A stretch of DNA of 63,702 bases, filler included, from Octopus bimaculoides (taxonomy: Eukaryota), in NCBI RefSeq assembly GCF_001194135.2. It is 6 parts of 4 records of this genome, joined end to end, with 100 filler letters (N's around TTAATTAATTAA, not from the genome) between each part and the next. Parts side by side here need not be neighbours in the genome. Positions count along the whole stretch, not along the records: positions 1 to 19,677 come from NC_068982.1; positions 19,778 to 34,195 come from NC_068983.1; 4 more parts are not named here. One strand, 5' to 3'. Below are positions 11,894 to 22,895 of this stretch, in pieces (the stretch's first letter is position 1; the number at the start of each line of letters is the position of its first letter). The translations under genes and the position numbers were made by a program. The notes under the pieces are model-generated. The model was not told the origin of the DNA and ran no database searches. It worked only from the letters and a program-made list of their open reading frames with translations.

Positions 11894-12742
11894 NNNNNNN
11901 NNNNNNNNNNNNNNNNNNNNNNNNNNNNNNNNNNNNNNNNNNNNNNNNNNNNNNNNNNNNNNNNNNNNNNNNNNNNNNNNNNNNNNNNNNNNNNNNNNNN
12001 NNNNNNNNNNNNNNNNNNNNNNNNNNNNNNNNNNNNNNNNNNNNNNNNNNNNNNNNNNNNNNNNNNNNNNNNNNNNNNNNNNNNNNNNNNNNNNNNNNNN
12101 NNNNNNNNNNNNNNNNNNNNNNNNNNNNNNNNNNNNNNNNNNNNNNNNNNNNNNNNNNNNNNNNNNNNNNNNNNNNNNNNNNNNNNNNNNNNNNNNNNNN
12201 NNNNNNNNNNNNNNNNNNNNNNNNNNNNNNNNNNNNNNNNNNNNNNNNNNNNNNNNNNNNNNNNNNNNNNNNNNNNNNNNNNNNNNNNNNNNNNNNNNNN
12301 NNNNNNNNNNNNNNNNNNNNNNNNNNNNNNNNNNNNNNNNNNNNNNNNNNNNNNNNNNNNNNNNNNNNNNNNNNNNNNNNNNNNNNNNNNNNNNNNNNNN
12401 NNNNNNNNNNNNNNNNNNNNNNNNNNNNNNNNNNNNNNNNNNNNNNNNNNNNNNNNNNNNNNNNNNNNNNNNNNNNNNNNNNNNNNNNNNNNNNNNNNNN
12501 NNNNNNNNNNNNNNNNNNNNNNNNNNNNNNNNNNNNNNNNNNNNNNNNNNNNNNNNNNNNNNNNNNNNNNNNNNNNNNNNNNNNNNNNNNNNNNNNNNNN
12601 NNNNNNNNNNNNNNNNNNNNNNNNNNNNNNNNNNNNNNNNGATGGTCATATTGCCAATTTAACCAATAAAAACACACGCACTGTATATTTGGTGTTAATT
12701 TGCTTCAGCTTTATATTACATTACATTACATTAATCCTATTT

Positions 12743-12788
12743 CGGCCAGAGTTCTTTCGTCACACTGCTGTGACCTCAACAGTGGTCC
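12743..12788 (-). ncRNA. Degenerate hammerhead ribozyme (second family, core A6U substitution)
   Basis: Minus strand: GGACCA-CUGUUGA-G-GUCAC-AGCAGU-GUGAC-GAAAG-AA-CUC-UGGCC. Stem II GUCAC/GUGAC and stem I CCA/UGG are present, with one core mismatch. Confidence 0.45.
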
Positions 12789-13110
12789 TTTGCTTTCTTC
12801 TTTCTTATGTGTGTCCTACCTTGCTAACTATCAGCCATTTTGTATTTCGTATTCCTATTGTATGTGTCTACGCATGCATATCCCTCAATGTGTGTCTGTT
12901 TTTCTGTTTTGTAAGTGCAGGTGTGTGTATGGGGAGTGCCTGTATTATCTATATCCTCTGTTAATACATGTTCGTTTATTTTTGTTTTTATTTATTTATT
13001 TGTTCATGTGTTTATACCTACATTTTTTGGGGGCTAAACTGGCAATATGACCATCCCCAAATACAACAACATCTGTTTCAACACACGATTTCACATCAAA
13101 AATCTTGCAA

Positions 13111-13149
<39 letters not shown>

Positions 13150-13156
<7 letters not shown>

Positions 13157-13500
13157 GTCACAGGAGAGAATCGATAGATTGTGGGTCAGATGCATCCACC
13201 ATCAGTAATGGATGCGACAGTATAAATTGTTAAAAAGCAAGGAGAGAGAAATGGGGGCCCAAAGTCGGGTAGCTTTTACGGGAGGGTCACATACCTGACC
13301 TGACACGGTCAAAAGTTTTCTTGCTATCGTTAGCAATCTCACTGTTTTCTCTGAATGTTTGTTAGATGAAGGTCCACTGCTGTGTGCCACATGAGGGAAG
13401 ATCTCCATCAGCTCATGTAGAATTGCTAATCATTAAGGAATGAGTGAATGAGCAATTCTTGATATTAGAGAATGTTGTTGTTAATGGATGTCTTCATGGT
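13150..13500 (-). mobile_element. Decayed LINE reverse-transcriptase fragment (CR1-group-like)
   Basis: Minus translation ..GTQQWTFI*QTFRENSEIANDSKKTFDRV resembles the RT domain-3 motif ALDISKAFDRV. It carries stops and frameshifts. Confidence 0.5.
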
Positions 13501-14344
13501 GTTTGGGATATTGGAAGTGATTGTGGTTGAGCGACTTATTGGATCAGAATGTTTGCCCTTCTCGGAAAAAAAGGGGAAGCATGTTCTCTAGGGGGCCAGT
13601 CGATTACATCGACACCAGTACACAACAGGCACTTAATTTCGACCCCGAAAGGATGAAAGGCAAAGTCGACTTCGGTGGACTTTGAACTCAGCACGTAAAG
13701 ACATACGAAATACCGCCAAGCATTTCGCCCGTCGTGCTAACGATTCTGCCAGCTCGCCGCCTTAGGATTCATGTATTTTGCTGTAGAAAGTTGTTGTAGA
13801 GTCAGAGGCCTGCGCTGGAGCCTATTATTTGAGTGGAATGGAAGGGGCGTTGCCAGAGCAGATGGTCTCATTGGTTTGAAGTGACGAGAAATAATTTTAT
13901 ACTCTGTATGTATGAGTGCCAGGGAACCCTAATAAGAAACATCAGATTTTTGGACCAAAGCTTAAGTATGTAGCATGGAGAATAGAGTCTGGACTGAGGT
14001 GGACAAATTTGTGTCTCGGTGATATGAAGGCGATTAAGGTGTTTCTGTTCCCGATCGTAAGGTTGTGAGTTCGATTCCTGGCGGCGCATTGTGTCCTTCA
14101 GTAAGAAGCTTTGTTTCGCGTTACGTCAGTCCATTCAGTTGGCAGAAATGCGCTGTACCTGTATTTCAAAGTGCCGGCCTTGTCACATTCTATGTCCCGC
14201 TGAATCTCCCTGAGAACTACGTTAAAGGTACGCGTGTCTGCGGAGTGCTCAGCCACTTGCATGTTAATTTCACGAGCAGGCTGTTCTGCTGATCGAGTCA
14301 ACTGGCACAGGCGCCATCGTAACCGACGAAGTACCAGTGTGTCT

Positions 14345-14398
<54 letters not shown>

Positions 14399-14714
14399 TT
14401 ATTATAATTCATACGTTTTCATACGTTTGAGTCGCTAGTTGTTAGAGTGTGACTGGACTTCCTTATTGACTGTTAGGTTATTGACGTCATTACATAGAAA
14501 CATGTCCACCGTATTTGTTAGTGACATATCTGTTATTATACTGAATGTTGTATTATACTGAATGCCTTAAATATATATATGTGCGAGTGTGTCTGTCTGT
14601 GTGTGTGTGTGCGCGCGCGCGCGCGTGTGTACAAACACATACACGCATGCACTCACGCACATACCAACTCACAAACCTAAATAAATGCCAAATGTAACTA
14701 CGATGTACATTCTT

Positions 14715-15140
14715 TTTCTACTCTGGGCACAAGGCCCGAAATTTGGGGGCTGGGGACCAGTCGATTAGATCGACCCCAGTACGCAATTAGTACTTAATTT
14801 ATCGACCCCGAAAGGATGAAAGGCAAAGTCGACCACGGCGAAATTTGAACTCAGAACGTAACGGCAGACGAAATACCGCTAAGCATTCCGCCCGGCGTGC
14901 TAACGTTTCTTATTTCTTTATTGCCCACAAGGGGCTAAACATAGAAGGGACAAACAAGGGCAGACAAACGGATTAAGTCGATTAGATCGACCCCAGTGCG
15001 TAACTGGTACTTAATTTATCGACCCCGAAAGGATGAAAGGCAAAGTCGACCTCGGCGGAATTCGAACTCAGACCGTAGCGGCAGACGAAGTACCGCCAAG
15101 CACTCCACCAAGCGTGCTAACCACTCTGCCAGCTCGCCGT
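14715..15140 (-). mobile_element. Tandem or nested pair of family-A SINEs
   Basis: Copy 1 breaks after GCTAACGTTTCT (14910). Copy 2 starts with tail TATTTCTTTATTGCCCACAAGGGGCTAAAC and runs to its head at ~15140. Confidence 0.85.
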
Positions 15141-15229
15141 CTTATTGCGATGTATAGTCAACGCTTTCTTTATGCCTTGTTTTTGAAGTGCATTCTTCCA
15201 ATTTGGTTTTAGTTGTTGTTGTTGTTATT

Positions 15230-15800
15230 TAGGGTTGTTAGAAACTCAGCAGAACTAAAAACAAGTTCTGTCAAAAGGATGGATGACCCTAGTGTAGATT
15301 CACCGACTACTTAGCATGAGCAAGGGCCTCAGAAATTCCGGGTTGGTGTCCGGCGTGCTGGAAGACAACCGCAAGTGAGGCTGAGGCACCCCATAGCTTT
15401 TGTTAAAGCATATCTCTAAGAGAAGGTCATTCTGATATGAAATCAGATAAACAGAGAATGGCACTGAACATTTTGGAGATTTTTTGCTTGCGCTTGAGAT
15501 TATTTCGCTCTTACATTCCTGAGCCTGCGACCCATATTGGCACTGGATGTCTTGGCTTGGTTTGTCTCTGTATTATGCCCGTCAGAAGGAAAGAGTCTGT
15601 GAGGTGCTGGGTAAGAATTATTGGATCTAAAATTTTAGGTTGGGCAATCTCCGGCAATGCAGCTCTCCGATGCCTGATCAACTGGGAAGTTGCTGCAGCC
15701 AACATGAAAACCATGGACTCGAACCTCGGTGAAGACAACTGCTAGTGCAATAACCTCATGAACGGGAATTTTACATGAGGAATGGTCAATGATGTTCTTC
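15230..15800 (-). mobile_element. Possible decayed LINE ORF2 linker fragment (may continue into the 13150-13500 relic)
   Basis: Weak motifs only: SSPWFS near 15710 and STLG/GHP near 15285. Same strand and expected order relative to the RT fragment. Confidence 0.3.
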
Positions 15801-15890
15801 CTCAGTCACGAGTGGACAGCCATCATCATCATCATCATCATTTATGTATGTATGTATGTATGTATGTATGTATGTATCTATGTATGTATG

Positions 15891-15920
<30 letters not shown>

Positions 15921-15923
<3 letters not shown>

Positions 15924-16027
15924 TATTCAGTTTTATTTCAAGATTTCTTACTAATGGAGAAAAAGCCCGTTTCTAACCTAGATCCAAGGCTCCTTCATTG
16001 GGATTTCAACATCAATAACGGGATTTG
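15921..16027 (-). mobile_element. 3'-UTR-only copy of an R4/Dong-type LINE embedded in (TATG)n
   Basis: Minus strand ATGAAGGAGCCTTGGATCTAGGTTAGAAACGGGCT..TCC.TTAGTAAGA aligns by eye to the 3' UTR at 21470-21520 (ATGGAGTCTTGTATCTTTGGTGGAAACCGGCTCCCTCCTTAGTGGAAGA). Confidence 0.65.
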
Positions 16028-16061
<34 letters not shown>

Positions 16062-16558
16062 TGTATGCATGTATGTATGTATATTTGTATGTATGTATGC
16101 ATGCATGTATGTATGTATACGTGTAGATTTGTATGTTTTGTTTTATGTATGTCTTCTCATGCAGAATAAAACTGGATATATAAATCTCTGTTCTCCTTAA
16201 TCATTGATTTATTATCTCCTCTCTACCGACAACATGCAGTCTCTACAGAGACATATGGATTTACCAATGTGAAGATCTACCTAGGATAGTAAAATAAACT
16301 AACTGAGGTTTTCTACACTCACGGAGGTTAGCCTGCATTAGTAACCGGTAAAAGAGAATACGTTACCTGCTTGGATTGTGTATCCCTACCAACCTAATTT
16401 GGAAATTTACCTACATGTATATGTCTGTGTGTATATATATATATATATATGGAACAAACATGCAATAGAGGATATTAAAACATTCGGACAGGAAAAACAG
16501 CAATTAGAAGGACAAGTGTTCTTTCCTCAGTCAAGTACCAGAAGTCATAACAGTTTCG

Positions 16559-16606
<48 letters not shown>

Positions 16607-17554
16607 ATCCAGGGATCGAGGTGTAGGAAGAAAGTTAGCTTCAAGTAATATGTAGTAAATATGAAAAAACATCTTTCAAAGACAACAGTGGTTTATTGAG
16701 ACGGAAGGTTGTGGATTTGTTTCGTATCGAATTACGATAACCTGAAAAAAGTTTTTTTTATATCTCACGGTAGGCGACCAGGGCTTCCGGATGTGCGAAT
16801 AAGAATACAAGGGTTACGGAATGAAGTAGATAAGATCCGGGCTACATATGTTTTATAGCGAGCAGAACCTCAGAAGTGGTAAATATCTGAGCGAGGTGTA
16901 TACCGCAGGCTACTCTTCAGGCCAAGGATATCTTGGTTAAATGAAAGTTTACATTGTTGCAAAGAGGTACATGTTAACATACGGAAAATTCAGTCAGAAT
17001 ATATATGAAGAGAGAGAGAGAGAGAGAGAGAGAAAGGGAGGGCAGGGGGAAAAGAGGGAATATACAAGGAATTTTCATCAGCTGACGTAATGCAATAGGT
17101 ATGAACTATGACCGTTCATTTTGGCTTGAATTATAACTGAAAGTGTGGTGTTGAAACTGTCTATCGAATGCAGATGGGGTTTTTCTTTAAGCGATGGCAC
17201 GTTAGGAGAATTCCTGACTGGAGTCGAAGTTGAATAGAACAAAACACTCCAAGTATCCGTGTGAATGGATTTAGGACTGTTTAGCTTGAACAGGATATAA
17301 TGACGGTTAATGNNNNNNNNNNNNNNNNNNNNNNNNNNNNNNNNNNNNNNNNNNNNNNNNNNNNNNNNNNNNNNNNNNNNNNNNNNNNNNNNNNNNNNNN
17401 NNNNNNNNNNNNNNNNNNNNNNNNNNNNNNNNNNNNNNNNNNNNNNNNNNNNNNNNNNNNNNNNNNNNNNNNNNNNNNNNNNNNNNNNNNNNNNNNNNNN
17501 NNNGTATGTATGTATATGTATACACGTATACATATAGATATGTGTGTGTGTTTG

Positions 17555-17605
<51 letters not shown>

Positions 17606-17815
17606 GTGCATAAATATATATATATATGCAACTAAACACGTATACACACACACATATATATATATATGTGTATGTGTATGTATGTGTGTGTATGTATATA
17701 TATATATGTATGCGTTTATATATATACAAACACACCCACAGACCTATATGTGTATGAATGCAAATGTATATATACATATGCATATATATGCATCTATATA
17801 CGTATAGACATATGC

Positions 17816-17847
<32 letters not shown>

Positions 17848-17896
17848 ATGTGTTTTGTATATAAATATATATATATATCTATATATATATATATAT

Positions 17897-18962
17897 ATAG
17901 TTGAAAAAATATGTGAAAAACATAAAAAGTGGAAGAGAAATGCCTTCGTTTCATATAGTTTAATATCTTTTTATAAAGAAGTTTTTTAAAATCTCTACAT
18001 ATTTTATGGATGTGGTGATATCCAACTGATTGTCGCTATTCAAATTAGCTCTTCAAGGGATATCGTGAAGTAATCAATTCTTGTGACAAAGGGGTCTTGC
18101 CATTTTGGGTACTTGAAAAATACGATGAGTCTAGAGAGTGGACCAAGAGAGGTAACAGGTGGCAAGGGGTCAACTAACTTCTCAGTATAATTTTTGAAGT
18201 TATCAAGTTTGTATATTAAGGTGTGGCCTGTACTTTTTTATGAACAGGTTTTCCTTGTTTAGGCGTTCTAGTAAGGGGATTGAGTCTTTGCATTGGTATA
18301 ATGGAAAGATATGGAAATTCGGCGTTAGATTTCTTGCGCATCTGTCGATGTTTCGCTCAGGGCTATCTGCCTGTACTGAGAAAAGCGAATCTGTTCTTTA
18401 TGCAACGTGACTCTGCGTCTGAAAGAAAGGCTTGTTTGGCCCCTGAGCAGCTTAGGACATAGATAAGGCTCTGGGAAGCACATGTGGAGTTGGTCTTAAT
18501 CGAGAATTTCTCTCCTTACTGGAATGTGAATTCCGAGCCTTCAGTTAGGGAGGGGCATGCACCACGATTAGGTCGTCTGCATTTTTTGACTGTTGGTATC
18601 GTGTGTAATGTGTATAGTTTTGCATTTGTTAGGAGTCTCTTCAGTGATTTGTGTTGTCGTTTGCATTTTAGTAGTTTGTCTGTATTTAGGATGTTGTTCA
18701 TTTTCGGGTCTTGAGTGACCAGAGGGAGATTTTGTATAATTGTGTTGTATGCTTCATTGTTTCTGGGATTGTAGGTTGATATGTATGGGAGTGATTTAAA
18801 GTGACGTGTGATGTTTTGTTTTGTTGTCCTTAGTGTGTTTGTGTCATCCATAAAATATGTATAGATTTTTTAAATTTCTTTATAAAAAGATTTTCAAATA
18901 TGTGAAACGATGGCATTTCTTTTCCACTTTTTATATATGTTTTCCACATATTTTTTCAACTC
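17897..18962 (-). mobile_element. Penelope-like element (RT-EN linker + GIY-YIG endonuclease + 3' UTR), 5'-truncated, bracketed by an inverted repeat
   Basis: 18851-18203 translates, with frameshifts, as LPYISTYNPRNNEAYN..KCKRQHKSLKRLLT..VKKCRRPNRGACP..F.IKTNSTCASQSLIYVLSC..QTSLSFRRRVTLHKEQIR..IDRCARNLTPNFHIFP..ERLNKENLFIKKYRPHLN*. This is the Penelope CCHH linker and GIY-YIG layout. Confidence 0.88.
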
Positions 18963-19029
18963 ATAATTTTGCCACGTGGTGTATACTGAATCTCCAGTAT
19001 TTTTGCTCCTTTTACATATTTTTATATTT

Positions 19030-19072
<43 letters not shown>

Positions 19073-19153
19073 CAAAAAATATTTATGTATCATATGTATT
19101 TATGCATCTCATACACACACACAGATATACACACACATTTATATGCATGTGTG

Positions 19154-19207
<54 letters not shown>

Positions 19208-19288
19208 CATATTTGTATACGTATATAGATATGTATATAAATATATGTATATCTATACATATGCATATTTATACATACATATACATAT

Positions 19289-19677
19289 AGGAAAAGGGCT
19301 AAATTAAAACTAACACTGTTAGAAATAGAAGACAAAATTAAACTCTCCCATGAAAAGGAGAGAGCAGAGAAGGAGAAGAGAGCAGTAGAAAGCATAAAAA
19401 CAAACCCCAAGGCTTTCTATAGATTTGCAAAAGAGACTGCTACGGTACAGTATAAGATAGGACCCCTATTCCTACCTAATGGCTCACTGACTGCAGATCC
19501 CACATGGATAAGTGAAGTGCTCAGTACACAATTCAAGAGTGTCTTCACTTCTCCTTTGAGTCACATGCAGATAAAGAACCCAGCTGATTTCTTTGACAAT
19601 AGCACTCAGCAGAAAAAGACTGCATCCATTACCTATATCGATATTGAAGAGGAAGATGTGATAGCTGCCATAAATGA
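19289..19677 (+). mobile_element. LINE ORF2 fragment (APE-RT linker, CR1/L2-group-like), stop-free, ends at gap
   Basis: RKRAKLKLTLLEIEDKIKLSHEKER..IKTNPKAFYRFAK..KIGPL..SEVLSTQFKSVFT. NPKxFY, IGPL and FKSVFT are typical pre-RT motifs. Confidence 0.85.
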
Positions 19678-19721
19678 NNNNNNNNNNNNNNNNNNNNNNN
19701 NNNNNNNNNNNNNNNNNNNNN

Positions 19722-19733
19722 TTAATTAATTAA
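19722..19733. other. Artificial scaffold linker TTAATTAATTAA (six-frame stop) inside N44 flanks
   Basis: The identical 100-bp N44-TTAATTAATTAA-N44 block recurs at 34240-34251, 55024-55035, 58358-58369 and 62149-62160. Confidence 0.95.
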
Positions 19734-19836
19734 NNNNNNNNNNNNNNNNNNNNNNNNNNNNNNNNNNNNNNNNNNNNTGGGAATGTGAAACTCCGAGTAA
19801 CAGTTTTTTGTTATATTTCTGCTGATTTTAAATAAA

Positions 19837-19878
<42 letters not shown>

Positions 19879-20740
19879 ATGTGTCTTTGAGTCTGTGTTT
19901 GTTCCCCACCACCACTTGACAACTGGTGTTGGTGTGTTTGCATTCCCGTAACTTGGTGGCTCAGCAAAAAAGACTGATAGAATAAGTGCCAGGCTTAAAA
20001 AATAAGTAGTGGGGTCGATTCATTTGACTAAAAATTCAAGGCAGTGACCTATCATGACTGCAGTCTAATGACTGAAACAAGTAACAGATAACACCACCAG
20101 ATCCAAGAATTGAAACCACAATCTTGCAATTGTGAATTTGATACCCCTAACCACTAGGCTCCTGTCCTAAACTGAAGAGTTATACCTCATTAAAGCACAT
20201 TCCTTAGTTTTATTAACATCTTGTTTCTTTTTTCTACCCGAACCCCACTATCTCTTCTTTAAATTTCTTTTTATGTTAAAAAAGTCAGTGAAGGACAATA
20301 ACATTTGATTACAAAACTAATTTAAATACCACTCAGCAAAGAAATTACATACAGCTGTCAACCATTTGCATCTAAGTCATTTTGGGAAAGGTAGGAGTCT
20401 TTTCTAACTAAAATACATAACATTTTCAATTTAGAATTCATTATTGTAAACTACAGTTTTGTAAAGTAATATCTTTGACAATCAAATAAAATACCAATCA
20501 ACTTACATACACACACACACATCTATCCATCTATGTATCTGCTTGCTTATATATAGTTCCTACTTTCTGCCTGACTTTGTGTGTGTGTGTGGGGGGGGGT
20601 GTACATACATACATACATACATGCATGCATACTTATGTATGTATTTACATACATACATACTTATATACATACGTACATACATACATACAAACATACATAC
20701 ATACATACGTACATACATACATACGTACATACATACATAC

Positions 20741-21548
20741 ATCACATCACACTTTGAGGGCTATGTGTTTGCAATCCAGGTACAAGAGATTACCACAAAG
20801 TATGTGGTGAACAAGAGACACAGTGACGCTCTTGTAATCCCAAGATGCAACCACATATGTAGGCTATTTCATGTTTCTGTGGAAGACATCACACATGTGA
20901 TTAGCAGCTGTCCTAAAATGTCATCATGGTACTATCTTCCTATGTGGCATGATGTTGCAAAAACAATTTGCAATGCCATATGCAAAAAAGACTATCTTGA
21001 AATAAACTTAGAAAACCCTTCTGTTATGGAATACATTCATAAACACCAGCTCAACGAATACTGGTGGAATATTCCCATCAATACTTTTGTCAAATGTAAA
21101 CATAACAGACTGGATATTCTTGTTTGGGACAGAGGGGCAAAGGTATGTACCATCACACAGGTCAGCTGCCCTGCAGATATAAATATCTCTTTGAAAATTA
21201 AAGAAAAAGAGGATATCTATGGACAACTACTTCGAAACCTCCAGCTTCTATATCCAGACTATGAATTCATATTCATATCAATAATAATTTGATCACTAGG
21301 TTTTGTTAGTAAATGCTTAAAGGAGAATCTGGATAAACTTGGATTTTCAGAAAGAGAAATCGACCAGCTAATTCGTACATTACAAGTGCAGTCTGTGAGT
21401 GGAACAGCGAAAATATGCAAGACTTTTCTCAAGTTTCAAATGTGAATTTGTCTGTGTTAATTACATCTCAAAGATGGAGTCTTGTATCTTTGGTGGAAAC
21501 CGGCTCCCTCCTTAGTGGAAGATTTATAATAATCAAAAAACAGAAGAG
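20741..21548 (+). mobile_element. R4/Dong-clade non-LTR retrotransposon, 3' fragment (CCHC knuckle + restriction-like endonuclease + 3' UTR)
   Basis: SHFEGYVFAIQVQEITTKY..CRLFHVSVEDITHVISSCP..WHDVAK..KHNRLDILVWD..QVSCPAD.NI..K.KEK...Y..L..LYP. One internal stop at ~21290, then ..QVQSVSGTAKICKTFLKFQM*. Flanked on both sides by (CATA)n. Confidence 0.88.
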
Positions 21549-22807
21549 ACATACATACATACATACGTATGTATATACGTACGTACATACACACACACAC
21601 ACACACATATGTACATACATACATACATACATACATACTGCCATCATCAGTTGATGTCCACAAAGGTCAGACAGAATTTGTTGAGGCAGATTTTTACAGT
21701 TGGATGCCCCTCCTGCTACCAACCTCACATATTTTGAAGCAAGGCAATATTTCCCATGGCCAGACATGTTTTTCATGGATGATTGTAAACAAATGACATT
21801 GCTTGTAAGATCGTGCTGCTTGTTCACAACCATGAAGCTGTAAAAACCATACCAAAGCAGACCTCATTGGTGCTAGTACCATGTAAAATGCACTCAGTCT
21901 ACTCTGTAAAGTGGTTGGTATTAGGAAGAGCACCGAGCCATAAAAACCATGCCAAAACAGTCAATGGAACTTGGTGCATTCCTCTGGTTTACCAGCTCCT
22001 GTCAAACAGTCCAATCCATACCAATATGGAAGATAGACATTAAATGATGATGATGATGATGATGATGACATTGATGATATATATATATATATATATACAT
22101 AAGGAGTATGTAGCACAGGGGGGACAAAGAAATTTACAGAAAAAAGGGGAAAAATGACCATACATATAACAGAATGCAGATAAGCTTCAAATCCTCATCA
22201 GTTATTGACCAAATATTACAATTACAATATATATATATATACATAAATACACACATGCATATATACATATATATATTTGTTGACTTATTTGACATCTGTT
22301 TCCAAGCTAGCATGGGTTGGATGAGTAATTATTATTAAGACATTATTTTACAAGGTGGTGAGTTGGCAGAATTGTTAGCCTGCTAGACGAAATGCTTCGC
22401 AGTATTTTGCCTGTCGCTACATTCTGAGTTCAAATTCTGCTGAGGTCAACTTTGTTTTTCATTCTTTTGAGGTCGATAAATTAAGAACAAGTGAAACACT
22501 GGGATTGATGTAATCAACTAGTACCCTCTCACCAAATTTCAGGCCTTGTGCCTTTAGTAGAAAAAATTATTTTACAGCTAACTTCTTGTCCTGTCACTAA
22601 CTTTTACCCATTTTTCAGGTAAGAAATCTTTCTGAGGATCTTTTTCTATATCTTCATAAGATGTTGCATTCTATTGATGATATCAGTCAATGATTGATAT
22701 GTTTCATAAAAACTGATTCAGATATTTATACTTCTACTGTGACTGAGTTTTGACCTACATGGCTGGAACAGATTTTTGTGTATCTAAATATAACTTATTC
22801 TTTCCAG

Positions 22808-22895
22808 AAACTATTACAGATGTCATAAGGAATTGTAAATTTGAAAGAAAAAAGGCAAATGAGTTGATTATTAAACAAGGAGAAATTGGAGAAAA
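22808..22895 (+). CDS. Exon of a two-CNB-domain protein (CNBD1/2-like), start of CNB domain 1
   Basis: ttctttccag| (E)TITDVIRNCKFERKKANELIIKQGEIGE(K) |gtatgt. Phase 1 in, phase 2 out, and it joins the next exon in frame. Confidence 0.85.

Noticed and set aside
19722-19733. Conserved TTAATTAATTAA motif (five copies)
   Set aside because: It is always centred in exactly 44+44 Ns and gives stops in six frames, so it is an assembly linker.
22170-22205. Hammerhead-like CUGAUGA on the minus strand
   Set aside because: It is followed by GAAGC not GAAAC, and has no convincing stems I or II.
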